DNA from: Acidobacteriota bacterium
GTDB lineage: Bacteria > Acidobacteriota > Vicinamibacteria > Vicinamibacterales > UBA2999
DNA length: 64,000 nt
NCBI GenBank assembly: GCA_021730945.1
Contig: JAKFYH010000005.1
Coordinates: forward strand, 73,014-137,013
Direction of reading: 5' to 3'
Shown here in pieces: positions 45,448 to 53,111 of this stretch. The notes under the pieces were generated by a model. It was not told where the DNA came from. It searched no databases and was given only the letters and a program-made list of their open reading frames with translations. Every line of letters starts with the position of its first letter. Within the stretch, counting starts at the first letter, position 1. A program made the translations under genes and the position numbers.

Positions 45448-46158
45448 ATGCGTCTCGTTTACGGTCTTGCGATTGCAGTTGCACTTTGTTCGCCGGCGGC
45501 CATCCTCGCCCAGGCACCGGCGGCGCAGCCCGACGGCGCCATTGCGGTCAAGGACGGCGGCATCTTCGCCAAGGGCTGGATGGGCAAGATTGATCCCCAG
45601 GAAGAAAAGGCCGGCCAGGTGCTGAACAATGCGCGCCTCGCCGAAAAGGGCGGCACCCTGGAAGTGCGCACGGGTCCGGCGACCACGTACTGGAATCCGG
45701 CCAATAAGGCGACCGGTAATTACACGGTCAAGGCCACGTTCAACGAGCCCGCCTACATGAGCATGATGAACCACCCGCACCCCTACGGCATCGTGATCGC
45801 CGGCAACGACCTGGGTACCGCGGAACAGAGCTTTGTCTACTGCTCGGCCTACGGCGATGGCACCTTCATCGTCCGCGGCATGGGGCCGGCGCCGTTCGCC
45901 GTGAGCTCGCGCAAGCCCGAGCCCAACGCCGCCATCAACAAGGCGGCCGGCAAGATGGCGCCCGTGAAGCAGGAGATCGCCATGACGGTGACCGCCGACA
46001 AGATCGAGTGCGCGATTAACGGTACGGTGGTGGGCAGCTACCCCAAGACCGACGTGGTGGTGGCCGGCAAGCTCAAGTCCACCGACGGTACCTACGGCAT
46101 CCGCTTCGCGCACAACACCGAAGCCACGGTGACCGGCTTGACCATGACCAAGCACTAA
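45448..46158 (+). CDS. Secreted hypothetical protein (beta-sandwich-like)
   Basis: ATG 45448 is preceded by GAGAGGA. Signal peptide MRLVYGLAIAVALCSPAAILAQA. High GC3. No family recognised. Confidence 0.6.
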   Translation: MRLVYGLAIAVALCSPAAILAQAPAAQPDGAIAVKDGGIFAKGWMGKIDPQEEKAGQVLNNARLAEKGGTLEVRTGPATTYWNPANKATGNYTVKATFNEPAYMSMMNHPHPYGIVIAGNDLGTAEQSFVYCSAYGDGTFIVRGMGPAPFAVSSRKPEPNAAINKAAGKMAPVKQEIAMTVTADKIECAINGTVVGSYPKTDVVVAGKLKSTDGTYGIRFAHNTEATVTGLTMTKH

Positions 46159-46181
46159 CCGCGCCGCAACATTCGACTAAT

Positions 46182-46222
46182 GGAAAAGGCCGGGTGGGAA
46201 CTGCTCCCACCCGGCCTTTTCC
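46182..46222. terminator. Bidirectional rho-independent terminator
   Basis: GGAAAAGGCCGGGTGGGA-actgc-TCCCACCCGGCCTTTTCC is a perfect 18-bp stem with A/T runs on both sides, between convergent genes. Confidence 0.75.
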
Positions 46223-46225
46223 ATC

Positions 46226-46257
46226 CTGGCACCCAAGCACCTGAGCACCCCAGCACC
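46226..46257. repeat. 8-nt tandem array (CTGGCACC CAAGCACC TGAGCACC CCAGCACC)
   Basis: Read directly from the sequence. The reverse complement GGTGCTnn is the same core as the 40233 array. Lies between the terminator and the stop of the dienelactone hydrolase gene. Confidence 0.7.
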
Positions 46258-46263
46258 CTTAAT

Positions 46264-47154
46264 CTACCGGACGTACTTATTGAAATGCGCGATGGTGCGC
46301 TCCCAGGCGAGCTTCGCGGCCGCCGCGTCGTAGCGGGGCGTGGTGTCGTTGTTGAACCCATGCTGGGTACCGGCGTAGATGAAGCCTTCGTAGCGCACGT
46401 TGTTGGCCTTCAGTGCGGCTTCCCAGGCCGGCCAGCCGGCATTGATGCGTTCATCGACACCGGCGTAGTTGATCAACATGGCCGCCTTGATCCGGGCGGT
46501 CTCCTCAGCGGTGGGCTGGCCGCCGTAGAAGGGCACGCCGGCCGCCAGGTCGGCGCCCAGCCGCGAGGCCAGCATGCTGACCACGCCACCGCCGTAGCAG
46601 AAGCCGACGGCGCCGATCTTGCCGGTGCAGTCGGGCCGGGTGCGGATGTAGTTGGAGCAGGCGATGAAGTCCTCGCGGACCTTGGGTTGATCGAGCTTCG
46701 GAAACAGCTCGCGTGCTTTCTCTTCATCGCCGGGATAGCCCCCGAGCGGCGTCAGCGCATCGGGTGCGATCGCCATGAAGTTGTCGAGCGCCAGCCGGCG
46801 GGCGATGTCCTCGATGTGCGGGTTGAGGCCGCGGTTTTCATGGATGACGACGATGGCCGGCAACTTGCCGGTGGCGCTGGCCGGCCGGCAGACATAGGCG
46901 TTGATCGTGCCGTTGCCCTTCGGGGAAGCGACCGCGACCCGCTCCGTCTTCAGCCGCGCATCGTCCTTCGGAACCTGCTGCGCCTCGGCAAACTTCGGGC
47001 TGAGCGAGTCGAGCAGCATCCCGGCGGTAATGCCGCCAACAGCAAACTTGGCCGCGCGATCGAGAAAGCCGCGGCGATCGATGGCGCCGTGCACGTACTG
47101 GTCGAAGATAAGCAGCAGTTCCTGGTCGTAATCCTGAGCGGTCTTGCGTTCCAT
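46264..47154 (-). CDS. Dienelactone hydrolase family protein with Tat-like N-terminus
   Basis: MERKTAQDYD...IDRRGFLDRAAKFAVGG (twin-Arg-like). IVVIHENRGLNPHIEDIARRLA. Nucleophile elbow GFCYGG. ATG at 47154. Confidence 0.85.
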   Translation of the reverse strand: MERKTAQDYDQELLLIFDQYVHGAIDRRGFLDRAAKFAVGGITAGMLLDSLSPKFAEAQQVPKDDARLKTERVAVASPKGNGTINAYVCRPASATGKLPAIVVIHENRGLNPHIEDIARRLALDNFMAIAPDALTPLGGYPGDEEKARELFPKLDQPKVREDFIACSNYIRTRPDCTGKIGAVGFCYGGGVVSMLASRLGADLAAGVPFYGGQPTAEETARIKAAMLINYAGVDERINAGWPAWEAALKANNVRYEGFIYAGTQHGFNNDTTPRYDAAAAKLAWERTIAHFNKYVR

Positions 47155-47165
47155 GTAGATCTCCC

Positions 47166-48413
47166 CTAGTTGATCGTCCAAAGCGAAATCGAGCTCACAT
47201 CCTTGACCAGCAGCCGCTGGCCCGCCAGGACCGGCTGCGCCCACGTGGCACTGGTGGCCACGGTGTAGCGTTTGAGCACTTCCAATTGCGAAGGGTTGGC
47301 GCGCGCCACCATCAGTTCGGCCTCGGCCGTCAGCGCGAACCAGAGGTCGCCGGCGCGCACGACAGCGGCGTTCTCCGACTGGCGAGCCGCCGACAGCCAC
47401 CGCGTCTCGCCGGTATTGGCGTCCACCGCGAAGAACTGGCCGCTGTTCTTGGCCGAGAACCCGTAGAGCGTGGTGCCAATGACCACGCCGGTACTCATGT
47501 CCATGTTGACGTCGGCGTTCTCCCACGCCGCCTCCTGCACCCACTCACCACTCCGGTTGAACACGCGGAACGCGCTGACCGGCATGCCCAGGCCCGAGAC
47601 AATCAGCAGTTGCCCGACCACGATCGGCGTGACGGAATTGCGGGTGGCGCGAACGCTGTAGGGCCGCCGCCACAGCAGCGCGCCGGTCTCGGCGGAGACG
47701 CCGACCAGGTTGTCCTGCGTGAAGGTGACAATCTGCCGGGTGCCATCGAGCACGGCGGCGATCGGCGATCCGTAGGCCGGGCCGTCGCCGTTCCAGCTCC
47801 ACTTGACGTCGCCGGTGCGCGCATCGAATGCCGTGAGCGCGCCGTTGCCGTGACCACCGACATGCACGATCACCAGCCCGCGATCGACCAATGGCGACAT
47901 GGCCGTGTGGTAGAGCGTCTCGACCGGCGGCGCCGGCTTCTGCCAGACCTGCGCGCCGGTGGCGGCGTCAAACGCGGTCACGATGCCGCTCATCCCCAGC
48001 GTGTACAGCCGGCCATCGGCAAAGGTCGGCGTGGATTTCGGTCCGGTGCCGTGCTTGCTGGTGGCGGCCGGGTTGGGCTTGAAGGCCGCGACGTATTTGG
48101 ATTCCCAGATGGTCTTGCCGGTGGCGGCGTCGAGCGCCCGCATCACTTCGCTGTCGTCCTGCCGCGAATAGGCATAGACGCGGTCGCCGACGATGATCGG
48201 CGCCGAGTAGCCGAGGCCGACCTCGGTCTTCCACTTCAAGGTGAGGGCGTCGGGCCACGTAGCCGGCGCGCTGAAGCCGGCGGCGCCATCGCGATTGGCT
48301 CCGCGCCACTGTGGCCAATCGGCCGCCACTTCGACTCGATTCTGCCGGGATTGGCCCGACAGAATCTCGCTCAGGGCAAGCAGTGCGACAGCCGTGATCG
48401 TGAGCTTTCGCAT
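47166..48413 (-). CDS. Secreted PQQ-like / BamB-like beta-propeller repeat protein
   Basis: Signal peptide MRKLTITAVALLALSEILSGQ. DWPQWRGANRDG and repeated GxVYxxxxxG propeller blades. ATG 48413 overlaps the peroxiredoxin stop (TAATG). Confidence 0.8.
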   Translation of the reverse strand: MRKLTITAVALLALSEILSGQSRQNRVEVAADWPQWRGANRDGAAGFSAPATWPDALTLKWKTEVGLGYSAPIIVGDRVYAYSRQDDSEVMRALDAATGKTIWESKYVAAFKPNPAATSKHGTGPKSTPTFADGRLYTLGMSGIVTAFDAATGAQVWQKPAPPVETLYHTAMSPLVDRGLVIVHVGGHGNGALTAFDARTGDVKWSWNGDGPAYGSPIAAVLDGTRQIVTFTQDNLVGVSAETGALLWRRPYSVRATRNSVTPIVVGQLLIVSGLGMPVSAFRVFNRSGEWVQEAAWENADVNMDMSTGVVIGTTLYGFSAKNSGQFFAVDANTGETRWLSAARQSENAAVVRAGDLWFALTAEAELMVARANPSQLEVLKRYTVATSATWAQPVLAGQRLLVKDVSSISLWTIN

Positions 48414-49081
48414 TACCTGGGCTGCGGCACAATGCGCAGGTACGGCTTCGGCGCCTTCCACCCCTGCGGATACGTCTTCTTCGCGTCTTCGTCGTTCACC
48501 GACGCCAGGATGATGACGTCGTCGCCATCCTTCCAATTCACCGGCGTCGCCACCTTGTGCCTGGCGGTGAGCTGCATCGAATCGATGACGCGCAACACCT
48601 CGTCAAAGTTACGCCCGGTGCTCATGGGATACGAAATCACCAGCTTGATCTTCTTGTCAGGGCCGACCACGTAGACGTTGCGCACGGTCGCGTTGTCGGC
48701 GGCGGTGCGGCCGTCGCAGGACTCGCCGGCATCGGCCGGCAGCATGCCGTAGAGCTTGGCGACCTTGAGGTCGGTGTCGCCGATCATCGGGTAGTTCGGC
48801 GCCGTACCCTGGGTCTCGGCAATGTCGGCGGCCCAACCGGCATGCCTTTCGACCGGATCGATGCTGAGGCCGATGATCTTGACGTTGCGCTTGTCGAACT
48901 CAGGCTTGATGCGCGCCATATATCCCAGCTCGGTGGTGCAGACCGGCGTGAAGTCCTTGGGATGGGAAAAGATCACGCCCCAGGAATTGCCCAGCCATTC
49001 GTGAAACCGAAGGGGGCCTTCGGTGGTCTGCGCCTCAAAGTCAGGTGCGTCGGTGCCAATCGGCAACGGTCCGGTGCTCAT
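48413..49081 (-). CDS. 1-Cys peroxiredoxin (Prx6-type)
   Basis: IGTDAPDFEAQTTEG...WGVIFSHPKDFTPVCTTELG. ATG 49081 is preceded by GGAGA. Confidence 0.9.
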   Translation of the reverse strand: MSTGPLPIGTDAPDFEAQTTEGPLRFHEWLGNSWGVIFSHPKDFTPVCTTELGYMARIKPEFDKRNVKIIGLSIDPVERHAGWAADIAETQGTAPNYPMIGDTDLKVAKLYGMLPADAGESCDGRTAADNATVRNVYVVGPDKKIKLVISYPMSTGRNFDEVLRVIDSMQLTARHKVATPVNWKDGDDVIILASVNDEDAKKTYPQGWKAPKPYLRIVPQPR

Positions 49082-49098
49082 GGTCGATCGTCTCCTGC

Positions 49099-49141
49099 AA
49101 AAAAGAGTAAGGGCCTGAAGGCGACGCTCGCCTCCAGGCCC
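49099..49141 (-). terminator. Rho-independent terminator after the Gly/Tyr-rich protein gene
   Basis: Minus-strand GGGCCTGGAGGCGA-gcg-TCGCCTTCAGGCCC followed by TTACTCTTTTTTG. Confidence 0.75.
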
Positions 49142-49167
49142 CACAGATTACTTCAGGTCGACGACCG

Positions 49168-50463
49168 TTAGAATGCGCCGCCGGGTGGCCGCGGCACGGC
49201 CGTGCGGGCGCCGGAATCGCCGCTCGATCCGCTCGATCCGGTCGAGCTGCCGGTTGATCCGCCGGAATAGCCCTGCGACGACACGCCACTGGATCCGCCC
49301 GAATTGGCACCGGACCAACCCGCGCTCGAGCCGTTGCCGTTGTTACCCGTGCGCACTGGCGGTTCACTTTCGCGCGGCCGCACCTGTGTGTAGCCCCGGC
49401 CATTGACGACCCGACCCTCAACTTGCGGTATTCCCGCAGTCGGCTCGGGGTTCACGCTGACCCATCCCCCGGGGTAGTAGTTGCCGTAGTAGTTGCCGTA
49501 GCCATAGTTGCCGTACAGCGAGCTGTAGTACGGCGAATACATCGACCCGCAGGCCGAGTAATAGCTGCGGTAGCCGAAGCCGGTGTAGCCGTAGCAGTCG
49601 GCAAAGGCGCTCCCCATGAGGAACGGCGCCATGAACGGGTCGTAGTAGCCACCCATGGCAATTCCGACCGGTGCGGACGACCCGTAGTTACCGCGGCGCT
49701 CGACCACGAAGCGCTGGGGAAAGGCGATGCCGATCATCAAATCGATGACCGTCTCCGAGACGCCGGCGTCGGCCAGTGCGACCAGCGACTTCTTGTTCAG
49801 GTCGAAGCGGCCCTTGGCTTCGGCGACGGCGGCCTGCACGGCTTCGGCCGGCACCTTGCCGCTGGCTTCGATGACATCGGCGACATTCCACAGCGCATCG
49901 TCGGCGGTCAGCGTGCGAGCGTTCCCGCTGACGACTGTCTGCATGACGGGCGAGCCGTCCGCCAGCGTCTGGTTGATGGCGCGCCGGTAGCGCTGGACCC
50001 GCACCGCCCGATCGCCGCCCCCCTCCACCAACTGCACGTTGATCCACGAGGGACCCGGGTTGAGAAACGCGATGCTCGCAATCTTGCGCGCCGGCTCGGC
50101 ACCGCAGGTCACGTCGGTATGCCGGAACAGGCGCTGGCCATCGGCAGACCACTCCGCCCGCTCGGTGCCCGTGCATTCCTTGTCGACGATGGGCCGCTTC
50201 ACGCCGTCGGCTTGCAGGCGCTCGGTACTGCCCACGACCGTGGCGATGACGGTCTGCAGGCGAACGCCCGGCGTGTCGGGCGTGATGCACAGCCGGGCGC
50301 CGGTACCGGCCAGGTCGTCTTCGAGCCGCCAGCATCCCAGCCAGCTGGCAAAGCGTGCATCGACCTGCGCCGTCGGCGCGGGAGCCGCAGTGGTGGGCGC
50401 GGGCGTCTGGGCCGACGCGGCGCCGGCAGCCAGTGAGAACGCGAGAACCAGTGTCGTTTTCAT
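49168..50463 (-). CDS. Secreted hypothetical protein with Tyr/Gly-rich and Ser/Gly-rich low-complexity C-terminal regions
   Basis: ATG 50463 is preceded by GGAGA. Signal peptide MKTTLVLAFSLAAGAASAQ. Residues about 258-334 are GNYGSS...YGYTGFGYRSYYSACGSMYSPYYSSLYGNYGYGNYYGNYYPGGW. Residues about 373-417 are an SG-rich tract. Confidence 0.6.
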   Translation of the reverse strand: MKTTLVLAFSLAAGAASAQTPAPTTAAPAPTAQVDARFASWLGCWRLEDDLAGTGARLCITPDTPGVRLQTVIATVVGSTERLQADGVKRPIVDKECTGTERAEWSADGQRLFRHTDVTCGAEPARKIASIAFLNPGPSWINVQLVEGGGDRAVRVQRYRRAINQTLADGSPVMQTVVSGNARTLTADDALWNVADVIEASGKVPAEAVQAAVAEAKGRFDLNKKSLVALADAGVSETVIDLMIGIAFPQRFVVERRGNYGSSAPVGIAMGGYYDPFMAPFLMGSAFADCYGYTGFGYRSYYSACGSMYSPYYSSLYGNYGYGNYYGNYYPGGWVSVNPEPTAGIPQVEGRVVNGRGYTQVRPRESEPPVRTGNNGNGSSAGWSGANSGGSSGVSSQGYSGGSTGSSTGSSGSSGDSGARTAVPRPPGGAF

Positions 50464-50476
50464 GGTTGGTCTCCGG

Positions 50477-51271
50477 CTAGAACGAGTAGCGGAATCCGGC
50501 GCCAAACCGGAATCCGCCGAGATCCATCGGCTCGAAATCAATGAAGTCGGCGCTGAGCTTGGCCTTGGCCCAGGCATAGCGCCCGTCAATCGACATGGAG
50601 ATCCGCCTGTAGACCTGAATGTCGGCGCCGGCAAACACCAGTGCCGTCGGGGCGAAACCGTGCGAGCGAAACGTGTCGGTGAACACCCGGTTGTCGCTGA
50701 AGTCGACGAAGTCGCCTACTTGCTTGAAGTCGTAGTTGGTGACGCCGCCGCCGGCGCCAACGTACGGCACGAACGCCGCGGGAATCCACGCGAAGCGGCT
50801 GATGGCGCGCCCGCGCGGCACGATCGCGAACTTCACCGCCGCGAACATGCTGGTTTGCAGGAGGGACGTCTCCTGCTGGATTGGCAGGTTGCGATTGTCG
50901 ACAAACGCCCGATACTCGGACGGGGTGGTCGACTTCGAAAGGTCGATCCCGGCAACCAGGTCCAGGCGGGGCTTGAGGCTGATCGACACGTCGGCGCCGA
51001 ACCCGGGCGTGTTGAACGACGATTTCTCCAGAGTCAGCTGCTCGGTGACGAAGTCGAAGATGTCCGACTTGGCGCTGGCGACCATCCATCCGCCGCGCAC
51101 GCCAACGCTCGCACGCGGGCGTCCCAGCATGAAGTCGGGATTCGACGGAGCCTGGAAAGTGCCAGATGACGAAGCGCTCTGTGCGGCCGCCGGGGTTGGC
51201 GACCAGCTGAGCAACAGGGCGGCACCGGCGGTCACCAGGAGACCACGGATATCCTGGCCGAAGTGAGCCAT
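50477..51271 (-). CDS. Outer-membrane beta-barrel protein
   Basis: ATG 51271 is preceded by GAGGTAG. Signal peptide ends AAAQS. Alternating amphipathic strands. C-terminal GAGFRYSF ends in the aromatic residue typical of OMPs. Confidence 0.7.
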   Translation of the reverse strand: MAHFGQDIRGLLVTAGAALLLSWSPTPAAAQSASSSGTFQAPSNPDFMLGRPRASVGVRGGWMVASAKSDIFDFVTEQLTLEKSSFNTPGFGADVSISLKPRLDLVAGIDLSKSTTPSEYRAFVDNRNLPIQQETSLLQTSMFAAVKFAIVPRGRAISRFAWIPAAFVPYVGAGGGVTNYDFKQVGDFVDFSDNRVFTDTFRSHGFAPTALVFAGADIQVYRRISMSIDGRYAWAKAKLSADFIDFEPMDLGGFRFGAGFRYSF

Positions 51272-51341
51272 AGCTACTACCTCTGAAAGCCGGCGCCTGC
51301 TGGCGAAGGGCCTGCTCAGGTCAAGGGTAGCAGAAAAGGCC

Positions 51342-51397
51342 GGGGTCCGGGGTCCGGGGTCCGGGATCCGGGGGCCGGGATCCGGGATCCGGGATCC
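51342..51397. repeat. 7-nt tandem array, 8 units (GGGGTCC x3, GGGATCC, GGGGGCC, GGGATCC x3)
   Basis: Read directly from the sequence. Lies between the blaR1-like stop (51406) and the OMP gene start (51271). Nine G3-5 tracts separated by 3-4 nt. Confidence 0.9.
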
Positions 51398-51405
51398 GGG
51401 TGGCT

Positions 51406-52650
51406 CTACTTGAGGGTGAAGGTCATCTCGATGGTTACTTCAACGGGAACCGGCTTGCCGTCCTTCGTGCCGGGCTTGAACTCCCACTGCGTGAGTGCGC
51501 GGCCGGCTTCCTTGTCGAGACGCGGGTGCAGGGCCCGGGTAATCTCGATATCGCCAACTGTCCCGTCGGGCAACACCACGCAACGCATCCACACTGAGCC
51601 TTGGACCTTCTCGCCGCTCAGCATGTCCTTCGGGTAATCGGGCTTGACCTCCTTCACGACCAACGGCAGCGTGATGCCGTCGCCGGGCTTGTAGACCGTG
51701 TCTTGCGTGACGACGGCGCCGAGCATGGGCACCGAGCCGGCGGCGGAGAGGGTCGCGGCCGTGATGAGGGCGGCGGACAGCACAAGGAGCGAGGCGACGC
51801 GAATGCGGGACATGGAAACCTCCTCGGCGATAAGGGAGATGCGCTGGCTGAGCTGACGCCGGCCAATCAGCGCCGTGGCGCCGATCAAGTGCCGCTGTGG
51901 ATTGGCGAACGCGAGTAGCGCTTCCGCGTAGGCGCGGCGGTCGCGTGTGTGCCGAATGGTCTCTTCGTCCACCAGCATCTCGCGCGCCAGGCAGGCCTGC
52001 GACGTGATCAGCCGGGCGCCAGGGTGGAACCAGAGCGCGGCACACCAGGTCTCTTCGAGGACGGTGGCCAGCCAGTCGCGCCGGCGGACGTGGATCAATT
52101 CGTGGCACATCACGGCGCGCTGGGCGGCGGGCGACAGCTCCATGACGCGGCGCGGCAGCAGGACGACGGCGCGCCGCCAGCCGACGGTGGCCGGGCCATC
52201 CACTTCGTCCGAAAACATGACGTCGGCCTCGGCCCGCAGACTCTGTTTCAGTTCACCTGACACTGCATCCAGTGACGCGGCCGCCACCGCGCGACGGCGA
52301 ATGGCGCGCAGGCGGACGAGGCCGAAGCCGAGCCACGACAGCCGGATCGCCGCGCCCGCGATCACGGCGATCGCGACCAGCGCCATCGGCTCGCGCTCTG
52401 AAGCGACTGGCACGTTGTCGGCGACGGTGCTCGACATGAACGTGATCGACGACCGGATGGTCTTGCTGGGACTCGTCGTCCACGGCTGCAACAACGGCAG
52501 GACGAGCGCCACGGTCAGCAGGAGCTGCCAGAATCGCAGGGTGACTCGAGGGGCGTGGAGCCGAAACAGCGCCGTCACGGCGGCGGCGGTCACGGCGAGG
52601 ACTGCGAGTTGCACGCTGTAGGCGCCAAGATTCCAGAGCCAGATCGTCAT
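51406..52650 (-). CDS. BlaR1-like M56 peptidase sensor fused to a C-terminal TonB domain
   Basis: HELIHVRRRDW zinc motif in a polytopic N-terminal region. C-terminal YPKDMLSGEKVQGSVWMRCVVLPDGTVGDIEITRAL...KPGTKDGKPVPVEVTIEMTFTL is a TonB-C fold pattern. ATGA overlap with blaI. Confidence 0.85.
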   Translation of the reverse strand: MTIWLWNLGAYSVQLAVLAVTAAAVTALFRLHAPRVTLRFWQLLLTVALVLPLLQPWTTSPSKTIRSSITFMSSTVADNVPVASEREPMALVAIAVIAGAAIRLSWLGFGLVRLRAIRRRAVAAASLDAVSGELKQSLRAEADVMFSDEVDGPATVGWRRAVVLLPRRVMELSPAAQRAVMCHELIHVRRRDWLATVLEETWCAALWFHPGARLITSQACLAREMLVDEETIRHTRDRRAYAEALLAFANPQRHLIGATALIGRRQLSQRISLIAEEVSMSRIRVASLLVLSAALITAATLSAAGSVPMLGAVVTQDTVYKPGDGITLPLVVKEVKPDYPKDMLSGEKVQGSVWMRCVVLPDGTVGDIEITRALHPRLDKEAGRALTQWEFKPGTKDGKPVPVEVTIEMTFTLK

Positions 52651-53024
52651 TCCCCCTCCTTGTCGAGCAGCTTCTGCAGTTCTTTCCGCTCGGCGGCGGT
52701 GAGTCCTTTTTCCTTGAGCAAGTGCACCAGCAGTGGGCGGGCGGAGCCGTCGAAGACCCGGTCCACGAACTCGCGCACCATCGATCGGACGACGGTCTGC
52801 TGCGGGCGGACGGGAACGTAGGTCTGCGCCCTGTCTCCTGGCTCTTTCCTGAGGTGTCCCTTGGACTCCAGCACGTTCATCATCGTCTGCACCGAGGTGT
52901 AGGCAATGGTGCGACGGGTCTTGAGGTCCTCGTAGACCTCACGCACGGTCGCGCGACCGGTGCGCCAGATGACCTTCATCAATTCGAGTTCCTGGCCGGT
53001 GAGCGTGTCCGACTTGGGGCGCAT
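52647..53024 (-). CDS. BlaI/MecI/CopY-family transcriptional repressor
   Basis: LTGQELELMKVIWRTGRATVREVYEDL...IAYTSVQTMMNVLESKGHL. Confidence 0.9.
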   Translation of the reverse strand: MRPKSDTLTGQELELMKVIWRTGRATVREVYEDLKTRRTIAYTSVQTMMNVLESKGHLRKEPGDRAQTYVPVRPQQTVVRSMVREFVDRVFDGSARPLLVHLLKEKGLTAAERKELQKLLDKEGE

Positions 53025-53059
53025 ACTAATTAATTAGTATTAACGAATTCATCTGTCAA
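53023..53059 (-). promoter_or_regulatory. blaI promoter/operator: -35 TTGACA plus an 18-bp perfect AT-rich palindrome covering the -10 and the start codon
   Basis: ATACTAATTAATTAGTAT (53023-53040) is a perfect palindrome. TTGACA on the minus strand is at 53059-53054. ACTAAT (53038-53033) follows after a 15-nt spacer. The blaI ATG (53024-53022) lies inside the palindrome. Confidence 0.6.
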
Positions 53060-53111
53060 GTGGTTTGTTGCGACCAGCTGGCCGCCGCTCCGGCCGCGCT
53101 ATGATGGCGCC

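Noticed and set aside
51342-51397. Possible CRISPR array (also considered for 40233-40272, 46226-46257 and 24031-24058)
   Set aside because: The units are 7-8 nt and directly contiguous with no spacers. No cas genes are in the window. These are microsatellite-like tandem repeats, not CRISPR.
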